A stretch of DNA of 57,155 bases, filler included, from Nemertoderma westbladi (lineage: Eukaryota > Animalia > Xenacoelomorpha), in NCBI GenBank assembly GCA_032718475.1. It is 3 parts of 3 records of this genome, joined end to end, with 100 filler letters (N's around TTAATTAATTAA, not from the genome) between each part and the next. Parts side by side here need not be neighbours in the genome. Positions count along the whole stretch, not along the records: positions 29,249 to 42,163 come from JAUCBJ010008146.1; positions 42,264 to 57,155 come from JAUCBJ010006583.1; 1 more part is not named here. One strand, 5' to 3'. Within the stretch, counting starts at the first letter, position 1; each line of letters opens with the position of its first letter. The notes below the pieces were generated by a model. The model was not told the DNA's origin, did not search any database, and saw only the letters and a list, made by a program, of their open reading frames with translations. Made by a program: the position numbers and the translations under genes. This document shows positions 35,548-46,905 of this stretch, one piece after another.

Positions 35548-35760
35548 TCTGCTTGTTTTATTTTTGTCTACCTTGTTTTATTGATGTCTACCTTGTTTTA
35601 TTTTGTCTACCTTGTTTTATTTTTGTCTACCTTGTTTTATTGATGTCTACCTTGTTTTATTGATGTCTACCTTGTTTTATTTTGTCTACCTTGTTTTATT
35701 TTTGTCTACCTTGTTTTATTGATGTCTACCTTGTTTTATTTTGTATACCTTGTTTTATTG
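35548..35760. repeat. Minisatellite of about 20 bp in the LINE 3' UTR
   Basis: About 10 copies of ccttgttttattgatgtcta and variants. Confidence 0.9.
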
Positions 35761-36216
35761 TATAAAATTATACTGAGACTCCAAGTTAATTTTACTGTAC
35801 ATATGTGATAAGTTTTAAACTATGTGTTCGTATTTTATTGTACCTTGTTAAATAAATTTTATTGCACCTTGTTAAATAAATTTTACTGTACGTATGTGAT
35901 ACTACTTTTTAAACTGTAGCTACGTAACAGATATATTTTAAACTGTAAATTTTATTTTATTTCAAGTTTAATGTATGTATATACGGTACACGTGATTTAT
36001 TGTAAACTACTGTACAGAGTTAGACCATTTATGATACCTAGGCAAGACAATTTTATTATATAATTTCAAACAAATGTATTACCATCCATTAATTTACATA
36101 ATTTACATAAAACAATGTAAAATAAATTACCGGTAAATTGTGATTTATATATATTATTTCAGTATTGTGCAGTATGTATTTTTTATATGGGAAAAAATTC
36201 AATCAATCAATCAATC

Positions 36217-37000
36217 AAAGGACGACAGGACGCTGTCCGACTATAATATCAACTACGGAGACGTACACTTGGTGTTGCATCGTACTGGTGGCAACATTGA
36301 AATACAAATTAAAACTCTCACCGGGAAGACCATGAGATTCTATGCGGAACCTGATGACACCGTGGCTATAGTGAAGGCAATGATTCAATCCAGGGAGGGA
36401 ATAACCCCGAGCGAGCAAAGACTCATCCTTAACAAACAGTTGCCGGATGATTTCAAAATATTGGAATGGCCCGAAGTGGCTGAGAACAAACGCGAACTTA
36501 CTTTAGCATTGCGTCTGCGGGGAGGAGGTTCAACTAGTGTAAATGTGCAGACCCTCTCGGGCTGTGTCGTTCAGGTTCCATTTAATGACGAGTATTGTAG
36601 ACCAGTAACGGTAGGATCCTTGAAGATCACCCTTGAGTTTAAACTTTGGATACCAGCAGACCACCAGGAACTCATGTTCAAAGGGAAGGTTTTGGAAGAT
36701 GAATATTCGGTAACGCAATGCGGTATTGTGGACGGTTCCACTGTTTATTTGGGGTTGAAAACAAAGGAAAGTATGATTATTGTAATTAAAATTAAATGGG
36801 ATTCAAAGAAGTCAACCATAGCACTGCAAACAGATCCTAATGATACGGTTTTGAGCGTAAAAGATCAGTTGGAATCGAATATAGGGGTCCCCGTACCGAA
36901 ACAAAGTCTAACGTTTTTTCTAACGCCTTTAGAAGATGTAAAGAAACTGTCTCAATATAACATTTACAACGGTTGTGTCCTCCGATGTCAATGTTCCTAA
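36217..37000 (+). pseudogene. 5'-disrupted, intronless multi-ubiquitin-like-domain gene (one partial and three full divergent UBL domains)
   Basis: DDRTLSDYNI..VHLVLHRTGG; IKTLTGKT...EGITPSEQRLI...LALRLRGG; QELMFKGKVLED; LEDVKKLSQYNI. Homology begins abruptly after the LINE tail, so the ORF-track N-terminus is spurious. Confidence 0.8.
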
Positions 37001-37480
37001 ATAATGATAGATAATAAGTTCCAGTAGTGGCTCTGTAATATGATCGGAATTATCACGTTTCATTTAATTTCTATGCCTAAATGACGTTCAAATAATATTT
37101 ATTTTAAACGAGGTGAACCTTGTGTGTAGAGTAAGTGTAGTAGGAGATATAGAAGAATCGTTTATGATAAACTAAATTAATTTTTTGCATGTGACCCAAA
37201 GATCGTTTGTTCTATATGGACTGAAATTTTCAGTGCCTTGGAATTATGATAAAATATTGTGTCTGCGCTATTTATGTATATTTATACGGGACTGTTATAA
37301 TTTATTGTTTTATATAACCCTTTGTTGTTGTGAGATTAATTGTAGTAAAATGACATATTAGCTAGTTGCCAATTTATTAGTTAGTTATTTAATATGGACT
37401 GGACAGATGACTATTACGAGTAAATTATTTGTCGCGGTAATTTTGTTTTGGTTATTTATTTATTTACGCTCTCGGGGCAG

Positions 37481-37625
37481 GTACCACACCCTGGTTTGCC
37501 AGTCCACAGGGTGGGTGTTGCAGTGGGGTTACAATGGGCCCATCTCCCAAAGCTCCCCTGGTACATATGGCCCACCATTGGCAAGTGGCTCATCTGCCAG
37601 GCCATATACTACACCCCTGCTACAG
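37481..37625 (+). CDS. Possible exon or pseudo-exon encoding an RCC1-like repeat
   Basis: cag|G TAC...CAG|gt. YHTLVCQSTGWVLQWGYNG fits HxLxLxxxGxVxxWGxN. The next acceptor at 37950 gives in-phase GIPV. Confidence 0.4.
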
Positions 37626-37944
37626 GTGCCGCTGTGGATTTATTTATTTAACATTTATTTAATATTCATCGATCAATAAATAATATATATATAGTGTAAA
37701 GAATATATAATTAGAGTTTAAACGAAAATATAAGAGAGTTGTGGAGAACATTCAATCGGTAGAGTAGATAATTACATTGAGTATTGATCCCAATTAAATT
37801 ATCTTAATTAAGTACACATTTAAACACAGTTTGTTATTAATAAATTATTATAATTATAAATTATATTATTATATTATATTTTTTTATTCCTTACAAATCA
37901 GACAATTGTTATATAAGAATGTCAGAATCTTTTACCTCCATCAA

Positions 37945-38575
37945 TCCAGGGAATACCTGTCCACCACCAAGGGTGATCTTCCACAGTAAACCCTTCCCCC
38001 TTCCACTCTGGTTCCTAAAGGAATGCCTGTTCACCACCATGGATGATCTTCTACAGTAAACCCTTCCACTTTGTTTCCTAAAGGAATGCCTGTTCACCAC
38101 CATGGGTGATCTTCCACAGTAAACCCTTCCACTTTGTTTCCCAAAGGAATGCCTGTTCAGAACCATGGGTGATCTTCCACAGCAAACCCTTCCACTCTGT
38201 TTCTCAAAGGAATGTCTGTTCACCACCATGGGTGATCTTCCACAGTAAACCCTTCCATTCTGTTTCCTAAAGGAATGCCAGTTCACCACCATGGGTGATC
38301 TTCCACAGTAAACCATTCCACTCTGTTTCCTAAAGGAATGCCTGTTCACCACCATGGGTGATCTTCCACAGTAAACCCTTCCACTCTGTTTCCTAAAGGA
38401 ATGCCTGTTCAGAACCATGGGTGATCTTCCACAGTAAACCCTTCCACTCTGTTTCCTAAAGGAATGCCTGTTCACCACCATGGGTGATCTTCCACAGTAA
38501 ACCCGTCCACTCTGTTTCCTATAAGAATCCCTGTTCACCACCTTGAGTGATCTGATCTTCCACAGCGAACCATTC
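37945..38575. repeat. 63-bp tandem array, about 10 copies
   Basis: Unit ctctgtttcctaaaggaatgcctgttcaccaccatgggtgatcttccacagtaaacccttcca. Confidence 0.95.
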
Positions 38576-40559
38576 CAGTGGCGTATCCAGGGGTATTGGC
38601 GCCCCGGGGCGAGAGTTGTTAAGCCGCCCCCCACCCACCCCCAGTAGTCTTTTAGCGAAATTGTTTAAATCTGACGCTGGCCGATAGGGGCCGCCAAAAA
38701 AAATTTTCTTCAAATTTTTATTTACTTTAGTCTCCCTCCCACCCACCCCGGCACCATAAATTACATTTCTGATTTTGTTATTAATTATGGTAAAATATAG
38801 GAAGTCGAGCTGGGATGTAAAAAGTATTATTTACAATGTATCCACTAATTATTATTATCTTTGTGAAGTGGCAATATGACTTAATACAATGAAATATAAT
38901 TACCGATAATATAAGGTATGGAATAAATACCGGTATATATACTGTATAAAATACTGAGCCATGGATCAAAACCAAAAGAAATTCCTTACATGGATGTGGT
39001 ACAGTAGATGTATAAGCTAAATCGAGTGCTAAATAAAGTAGCCGTATTAGCTATTGATTTAGTTGGTTGTAATGAGACTACCTCAGCACTGTTTGTATGC
39101 AAAGTATTTTTAGACTAAAAATTCTTATTATTTTGAAAGAGTGTGAAAATACATAAAACTTATTTATGTGTTTTCAATTTGCTGTACAGTACATGTTTGC
39201 AATAATTGTTGTTGTTTGTGAAAATACTGCGTGCAACAGTGAAATAATTTACTTTATTTACCGTATTATATTTGACAGGTGAATGAATGACTGAGTGTGA
39301 CATGGCAAAAGGTGTCTCTCCAAGTGTCAACATAAATTAATGTACTACCTATTAAGTATAGGGCACCAGGGTTGTGTGTGGGTGAGGGGTGGGAGCTGGG
39401 AGGGTTGGTCTGGCAGGGTATAGCTGGGTGCCATGTCTGGCTACAATGTACCCACCCACTTACAGTCAACACTATTTGATTTGGCAGTGGTAACTTAATT
39501 TCAACTGCAGAAAACGACTTTGTGACGTAAAAATATAGGCTTGCACACCCAGTGGAACGGGACTAATAATAAGTTATAACTAAAATCTAATACATAGAAT
39601 AATTAATAGTTAAACCAAATATAGTAAAAAAAAAATAACATAATACTCTCTATAACGTAGTACAGCACTGGATTGAGATATTTATATTTCCTACAATGTA
39701 AAACTCGACACAATAAGACGACGATACAACATTTACTTCGCAATATTATGTACTTTTATTGATATGAGAAAGGTTTCATCTGTGTAATAAAGGATATCGA
39801 TAAATAATTATATGTATCTGGCACAAACAATGGATTCCTAACAAACCTTCATCTCAATGATAAAGTCAAACAAATACAACACAAACACCCCAACGTTAAG
39901 TCTGCGAGAAGATATACATTGAACTAATTAATTTATTAATTAATTAATTAAGGGGGGGGGGGGGGGGGGGGGGGTTACCGCCATTTTAACACAGTCAATG
40001 AAAACCAATACTAACAGGGCAAGACTTTGTCCAAAATGAATAATTTTTGGTATTAGGGTCAATCAATAACTGAAGGTTGTTTAAAAAAAATTTTCGTAAT
40101 ATAGTTATTATAATTTAGAGCTATTTAGTAGCATAAAATTATTACTATTACTAAAAACACTACTCTTCGTACAAACATTAGTTAAATAACTAGTTATTTC
40201 GTATATATATTAGGATATAGTGTTGAATAAAAGTTTTGGTCAAAATTTTTTGATATTAAATATTTCCAACTTTATTATCCAATTAATTAATTATTTTCCA
40301 ATTTTTAAAAAAAAATTAGAATTTTTCACATTTCGAAGCCAATAAAATGAGTTAGGATCAAAATTTTAAAATACCAACCAATTCTTTTGAAGACACCAAG
40401 TTTGTGATTACTGTGTCCAAATTTCATGAAAAAAATATTAAAAAATTGGCAGAGAAGTTTGCATTTTTAATATCGTAGGAATGAAAAAATACCATTCCTC
40501 GATTAATGCCTTTAAAGTTTGAACCTTCCCGCGCAAAATATGTCTGTTAATATGTGAAA

Positions 40560-41050
40560 ATGTCTGTCAATATTTAGCAACAAGAAAGCATAAACTCATG
40601 CTTAGATTTTTGCAATGGGGGTTTTCCTGGTCGCTGATTTCATTTCTGAGGTCAGTTTTCACTTTTAATAAAATCTAGTTTATGTCTGTATGTCTGTCTG
40701 TCGGTCTTTCTGACTATCCGACTCTGTCTGTCAAATATAAGAAAAAGGCACACCATTGAGCTAAAAGGTAAGCTATTTTCCTGGTCGCATAATTAATTTC
40801 GAGTGTCAATTTTAACATTTGATGACTTCCAAATTGTCTGTTTGGCAGTCAGTCTGTCGGTTATATTTTGAAGGACAGACTGACAGGCATACAGACAGAA
40901 ACGACGAGCTCAAAATTGAATACCGACATAAGAAATGTCGTCACCGACCACGAAAACCAATACAGGGAATTTTTTAGACAAATAGTATGCTTTTTATTGA
41001 TGGACAGACATACTGACGGACAAACCGACAGTAATACGGACAGACAAACA
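40560..41050. repeat. Degenerate fold-back or MITE-like region
   Basis: ttttcctggtcgc motifs at about 40622 and 40777 face cgaccacgaaaa at about 40946. tgtctgtc runs are opposed by gacagaca runs. Confidence 0.35.
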
Positions 41051-41549
41051 CCCCCCCCCCCCCCCCAATTCTGCACACCTTCCTTTACAACTCAACTATA
41101 TTATGATCGTGATGAACAACAGCTATTCGCCAATCTCTGGAATCAGAAGGATATTAATCAGCCTCACATCTTAGTACAACAGAGCCGAAGTAGAAGCGTA
41201 CGAGATACAATGTGCGCATGCGCAGAACAGCGGTGTTACAACCTTTAAGTTCTACCAACAAAACGGACTCGGATTGCAAAAAATTGAATTTGTTTAGTGA
41301 AATCGAGGTACCGAAAAATAAACAAATAACAACCATTCCGGAGGTAAAAGATACAATAACGATTGAAAATCAATACTTTGTTCATCACAGAAAACAAACC
41401 CAAAAACTAACAGATGAGAATAGCGGTACAAAAAGTAAACCTCTGAGTTTCTATTTAGTCTACAGTTGTGAACTGAAACACAGAGGTTGCGCTGTTGCGC
41501 ACCTTGGCGGTGTCTCCCAACAAACTGCGCCGCGTAATTATTAATGTGA

Positions 41550-42163
41550 TGTAACCATAGCAGCAGGATGGTATGAAAGAACTGATGACGTCATTTATTA
41601 AAGTTAATATCGGAGGCGGAGAATGACGAAGAAGAAGCTAAGTTGGTTACGGGTTGGGGGAACCTCATTGGTCGGTTTTGTGACGCCACCAAGCGGTCCT
41701 CTATGGATTGCCGCGCCAGGATATCCGCTTCGGTTTCTGGCCGCATAAAGTCCCATATAAGAATTGTGTCGTCGTGACTCGAACTAACTATCTGGAACTC
41801 GTCGAATTGGAGCCGAAATACCCGGCCAGTGTGTTCCTAAGGAGACGGGCAAACAAATAAAATTATATATTTTTTAGTACCCTGATATGGGATCTCATGT
41901 TTTTTCACAAAGAAAGTCAATAAAATATTAGCGAAATGTCGAAAAAATAAAAAAAAACGTAAAAATTAGCCTGGAATGTAATTCAGCGCACATAAGTTAT
42001 CTTATATAAACCAGCACGCCTGATATTTATACTACACGAAATGGTTGGTACAACTGGCGGCGGTGGGTTTTACGTAACTAATTAATCGCTCTTACAGTTA
42101 GAGTCTTCAAACACAGCATCGGAGAAGGTGAACGAGGATCTAACGCGGCCGTTAGATCCCAAA
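41550..42163 (+). mobile_element. 5' LTR (41550-42052) with a tRNA-Leu-type PBS and start of leader, cut by the contig end
   Basis: TGTA...TACA termini, then ac, then TGGCGGCGGTGGG (42055-42067), which matches the complement of a tRNA-Leu 3' end (TGGCAGCGGTGGG). AATAAA is present inside the LTR. Confidence 0.6.
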
Positions 42164-42263
42164 NNNNNNNNNNNNNNNNNNNNNNNNNNNNNNNNNNNNN
42201 NNNNNNNTTAATTAATTAANNNNNNNNNNNNNNNNNNNNNNNNNNNNNNNNNNNNNNNNNNNN
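42164..42263. other. Artificial contig spacer or gap
   Basis: 44 N + TTAATTAATTAA + 44 N. Confidence 0.97.
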
Positions 42264-42521
42264 CTGATAGATACTCCAGGCTGGTTAGGTGGACCCGACT
42301 CCCTAAGTAAAGAAGAAGATGAATGGCCTCCCCACCTTAACCCGGCTGAGATTAGACAGGCCAAGGGAGCGGAGAAAGTAACACGACAACCCAATCACCC
42401 AGCTGGTCGTTTATGTTTACTGGAAAGAGACCAAAAACTGTCCGGAAACTATGGAAGGCAAGATACTCTTCCTACGACCACTTCCCTAATCCGACAAATA
42501 TCTAGGGACTCCATAACGTAA
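42264..42521 (+). pseudogene. Internally deleted BEL/Pao pol remnant
   Basis: Frame from 42264 reads WLGGPDSLSKEEDEWP (the BEL WxxGPxFL..WP motif after RNase H), fused directly to AEIR...HPAGRLCLLE (a BEL integrase-tail RPxxKLxxLE-like motif). Confidence 0.6.
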
Positions 42522-43071
42522 TAACATATGGAGTGGGTGTGTGACTATATCATTTTATATTTGTTTTTATTTTATATTTATGTATGTATTATTATGTAAT
42601 ATTATTATAATCGTTTTCTTTAATTTTATTTGGTAGAATGTTATTTTAGGGATTATTTAGTAGATTAGTGCAATATATTAGTGTTTATTACGTACGTAAT
42701 TATTTATAATATATATTTAGTGCGACGGCAAGAAATAATTATTTTTTCTCTTTCCTTACTGTCCGTATCATATTATAAATACGTGACTACAGTAAGATGA
42801 AATGTCCGTACTTATTAAAGTACAATAAAGCTCCTACTATATTTAAGTATTATTGGTAGGCAGAGTATTAGGAATGCAAAGTTCAGATCCTCGTGTCTCG
42901 GCTAAACCAAGCTCTGGGTAGACCTTGGAAACGACTTGCCTCTTCACACTGACATTGCTTCGTGCGATATTGCTCTTCTACCTTATATTAAATAATACAT
43001 ATAGTAGCGTGATGTCCCTCTAACAGTGGCGTAAATCGCAAATAAATCTGTTAAACTTTTTGACCATCTGT

Positions 43072-43345
43072 AATTCTAGTCGATTAAGATATCGTGGCAC
43101 CCACCGATATACTTGAAAGACAAATTCTAGAATCAGTGGTTAACGTCCCCAGACAAGTTCTGGAATAAATCGGTGCCCATCCTAAATATTAATTTAATAT
43201 TTATTAAAATCTGTAAAATTCAGATCCGTTAACAATTCTAGTCGATTAAGATATCGTAGCCCTTACCGATACTCTTAAAAGACAAATTTCATAGAATTAA
43301 GGATCCTATGTCCCCAGACCTGCTCTGGAATCAAATTGTGTCAAT
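43072..43345. repeat. Two diverged direct repeats, period about 162 bp
   Basis: aattctagtcgattaagatatcgt...aaagacaaatt...gtccccagac...tctggaat occurs twice. Confidence 0.8.
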
Positions 43346-44147
43346 TTTAACATCAAATAATAAAATTCACGGGAATAAATTAAATTCATATTCAAATGAA
43401 TTTCATAAATTGTCATTTTGTGCAATTTATAACATTCCCAAAATTCCAGTAATTAATAGATCATGGGAGCGGAGATTCATATTGAGTGTACTAGAGTGCG
43501 AGAATCTCCAATATATAGTCAATAACCGATAAATTTTATAAAATCATGCATAAAGAGGATATTGACAATTAAAGAATTACTATTAAATAACATCCCAGAT
43601 CTGTATGCATGAGAATTACCCTAATTCTACCGCTAGTTTTCCATAATATCACCATGGCAACACCCACGCTAGAATTAGAAGCAAGTTAACTGAACAATAA
43701 AAAGCTTGCCCCATTGCGTAGCATAAAAGTATACATAGCACCCTATTAGTATCCAAGGATACATAGTAATAACGTGACATTCTGGAAGACACTGACTAAC
43801 GGACAAATGGCCTGCATGTGTGCAGTAAGTAATGATTGTATGGAATTTGTGCGTTTATAGGTGAATGTTACTACTAAAGTGTGTTTACAGTAGCTAATCG
43901 CAATTGTAAAATAGCCCTAACTCTACCGAGATAACCTCAAGTGGATTCAAGCCTTTGGGACGGACAGTGGTGGGACTTGTGCCGGTTATCGTTGTCGTGC
44001 TGTTGCTACATGTTAGCGTAAACACTGCGACAGCGGTACATCGGCGCTGAGAAACCCACTGTCCGGGGGCAAAAGCCTAGTAGGCAGCGACGCCCGCTTG
44101 CCTAAAATATTAACTTATATTGATATTAATAAACTCAGATAGCAGAT

Positions 44148-45596
44148 ATGACGGAATTGATAGAAGATGACCTTGGTATTAGAGAGTGATATACTCTACC
44201 TTTACAAGCGTTTGTGGATAGCTTGATGCGCGGTGAAGCCGATCCGACTATTACGGAGGACGATGGTCGTTATATCGAACCGCCGATGTCCCAAGAGCAA
44301 CTTACGCGTGAATTGGACTATCGAAAATTAACCGCTCGCTATACGCATCGTAATGGTACGTATATGGACTTCTTAACTACCGGCCATCCTATCGATTTAC
44401 ATGATACGGACGATGTAGACACCGAAAGGGAAATGGTTCTATTTAAATATCATACCCAGCGGCGTCGTATCGATAAACCGAGAATAGATCACGAAAATTC
44501 TATTCGTAACAGACTGGGAAGACGAACCAATATGTCTAGAATCTGAGGAGATTCAGCCTATCGCGCTCGGAACAGCGACAACGATTACATCCTAGAATGG
44601 CATCAAAGTCCACAGTGTCTCACTGCGTACGATTATCTCCATGCCAACTATGTTTCTCGGCAACGTTGTCGGTTATGCGCATCGAGAGACCATGTTACGC
44701 CCATGGACACAAACGTCCGCTGTTCCTATTTCCACGAACAACCGGCGATGGAAATTTATTGCGCGTATTGCAGATTTAATAATTTGCACATTTTTGCTGT
44801 CTGCCCCCAATTTATGACTCAATGCCATCATTGTCAATTAAAAGGACACGCCAGCTTTGATTGTCCCTTTAACCATGATTTAGAGAGCGTAGATGAAATG
44901 ATTGTACTACGTTATATCAGAGCTTGGGAAGCGAACGCTGATTTACATTGTGATTCACGCCATCGCTATTATCCTGGACGCGCCTACGAAGGAGTTTATG
45001 CGTTCCATCCATATTTGTTTGCCTCCGTCGAGCAGAAATCGCGCCTATCAAGTTATGAACTATTGAAGCGCGTTGGAGAATGTATTTCAACCAAATATGT
45101 ACGCAAATTCCTCAGGAGCATTAATCCGAGTGACATCAATTCGTATAACTTAATAAACTTTATCCGTCAAGATCCGGCCTATGGAGACTTATTTGTCAAC
45201 TCACACCCTGAGTTACAGGAAGTATATCGACGGCCTTACGAGTACAGAGCCCGCGAACGCGAGTTGGAAAGAACCATTAAACCAAGGAAGTTTCTAACTG
45301 CCTATGGTCCACCCACGGCCCTCGTTCAGACCACTCGTAAAGGACCCGTAAGAGCGGCTGTCTTGAAACGAGCTCTCAAAGCCGTTAGACCCCTCTCCCC
45401 GGACGTTGATGTCAATCAACCCGGTACTTCGACCGGCGGATATACCGATCGCAATCCCATACCTTCTGATGCAATCATATTGCACCCTTCACCCAGGCGT
45501 TATAGCCCTCCTTGTAAAGTGGCTCGCCCCAAAGAGAAAAGGACTCTTGCTAGCTTTAAAAAACTGCGTAAACGCCGTCCGCGCATGAAAGACTAA
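44148..45596 (+). pseudogene. Accessory ORF (about 482 codons, two in-frame TGA) encoding three CCHC-type zinc knuckles and a basic C-terminus
   Basis: ATG 44148, ORF 44214-44546 and ORF 44703-45596 share one frame, broken only by TGA at 44187 and 44544. Motifs CRLCASRDHx9C, CAYCRFNNLHIFAVC, CHHCQLKGHASFDC; tail KKLRKRRPR. Confidence 0.75.
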
Positions 45597-45674
45597 CTGT
45601 TTAGAGTATTTTCGTATTTGAGAAACTGTGATTTTGTATATTTTATAGACTTAAATCCCATTTTCTGGGAGCGG

Positions 45675-46905
45675 TGTAAAAGCTTCTGTGGGATATAACT
45701 GGCCCCTTTTGCTTCGCAATCCAGTTTCCCCCCAGGCGCTGGAATACTCTAAAAAGGTTCTCTAACTGTATATATATTCCCCTCGCCCGCAAGGTACCGT
45801 TACAGGTGTTTTAACGGACATAAAAGTCATTCTGCTATATACGTGTTTTAGCGGACATGGTAAGGCAAAAAACCTGCAATGCACCAAATACCTTTCACAG
45901 CTTAGCCGTGATGATTCATATTACGACATCTAACAGCTGGTTGCTGACATGGAAACAGCCATTGGATGCATGGTTCTTTGTTTGGCTTGAGCCAATCAGA
46001 GCGTTTTTTCCTGTCGACGTGTAGCTTTTCGGCCGATCATAAGGAGAGTGTTCAGTCTTACTGTTTTTACTTGATACTTTGTTGTTATTGCTGTCTAAGC
46101 CAGAAACACCGGCTCTAAGAACTCTAGCAAAAACTGCTTAGATTATAGAAAGTATAACTGTTACCGGCGGTGTTACCTCACTTAATTTAACTGCACTAAT
46201 CATATTGTTTGTACTGCTATTTACCGTCAGTTATTAATTGTATCTATTTGTTGATGGAAATATTGCTCTTTGGAGAATACGGATAAATCACCCAAAATTC
46301 CCAATTTTCTTGATACACTACAGGTTAGAGAGGCGGGCTATATATAACAATTGCGATTTATATCAATGTGGTGTGTATTGAATCTAATGTTATTTAGTAG
46401 ACACTACCTGAGTCAATTGCTGTTCTCTTTATGTGTGATCAAATATACTGACGGTCGGCAGAATAGTGTGCATGATTGTGAGTGTGATGTGACTGGTAAC
46501 AAAGCATTTCCTAAAGAATGCGACTTATACTTTAATCATAAGCCTTATCGTTGCGTTTAGTATAAGTCCTAGCTCTGTTTAAATAGATAGAGCGCCACGT
46601 CCTAAAGGAACTGTTAATATTTCCCGAAAGTTAATAATATCTGTCAGAAATTACATATTAGCGATCAATCGAATAATACAGTAGGCTTACACTGCAACCT
46701 TACACTGCAATAATAAAATCTAAGCATCCGAATTCAGCCTCCCGGGTGTAGATCCATCGGGTGAATGATCGCGCATGGGCTGGCTTCGGCTAATGTTTTG
46801 TTTATTAGCATAAAATATTGTCGTATGCTAAAGGTGTGTTAATTAACTAAAAGACATATAAATTTTGGCAGGTTAAACTGCTAAAGGTCTTCAAAAGCGC
46901 GAACA
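45675..46905 (+). mobile_element. 3' LTR (about 1.23 kb) of the BEL/Pao-type element, preceded by a polypurine tract
   Basis: GGGAGCGG|TGTAAAAGC...AAAGCGCGAACA. Diverged homologue of 30862-32099 with matching termini. AATAAA at about 46712. Confidence 0.75.

Larger units (their letters stand above)
32100..36216 (+). mobile_element. Non-LTR retrotransposon (L2/CR1 group, Crack-like) with APE + RT, long 3' UTR and (AATC)n tail; 5'-truncated and disrupted
   Basis: IAITETKLD, RRDR..GGGVALYV, PTRVT..LLDH, SDH, NFRPLSLL, IDFRKAFD, GVPQGSILG, FADD. Motif gggacccttatggaaac at about 35454. Tail aattcaatcaatcaatcaatc at about 36196-36216. Confidence 0.9.

Noticed and set aside
36140-36216. N-terminal hydrophobic leader of the UBL ORF
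   Set aside because: It is LINE 3' UTR and (AATC)n tail read in frame from a GTG.
37936-38013. Minus-strand 78-nt exon EPEWKGKGLLWKITLGGGQVFPGLME (FKBP-like)
   Set aside because: It has plausible splice sites, but similarity is weak, no compatible downstream exon was found, and it conflicts with the plus-strand RCC1-like reading.
39950-40516. TTAA-flanked Kolobok/piggyBac-like MITE
   Set aside because: Only very short terminal complementarity (ttaagg / cctttaa), obscured by a poly-G run; cannot be supported.
42531-42560. PPT plus TGT as the BEL 3' LTR start
   Set aside because: No second copy or matching terminus. The 45675 start is supported by an independent LTR copy, although a nested structure cannot be fully excluded.
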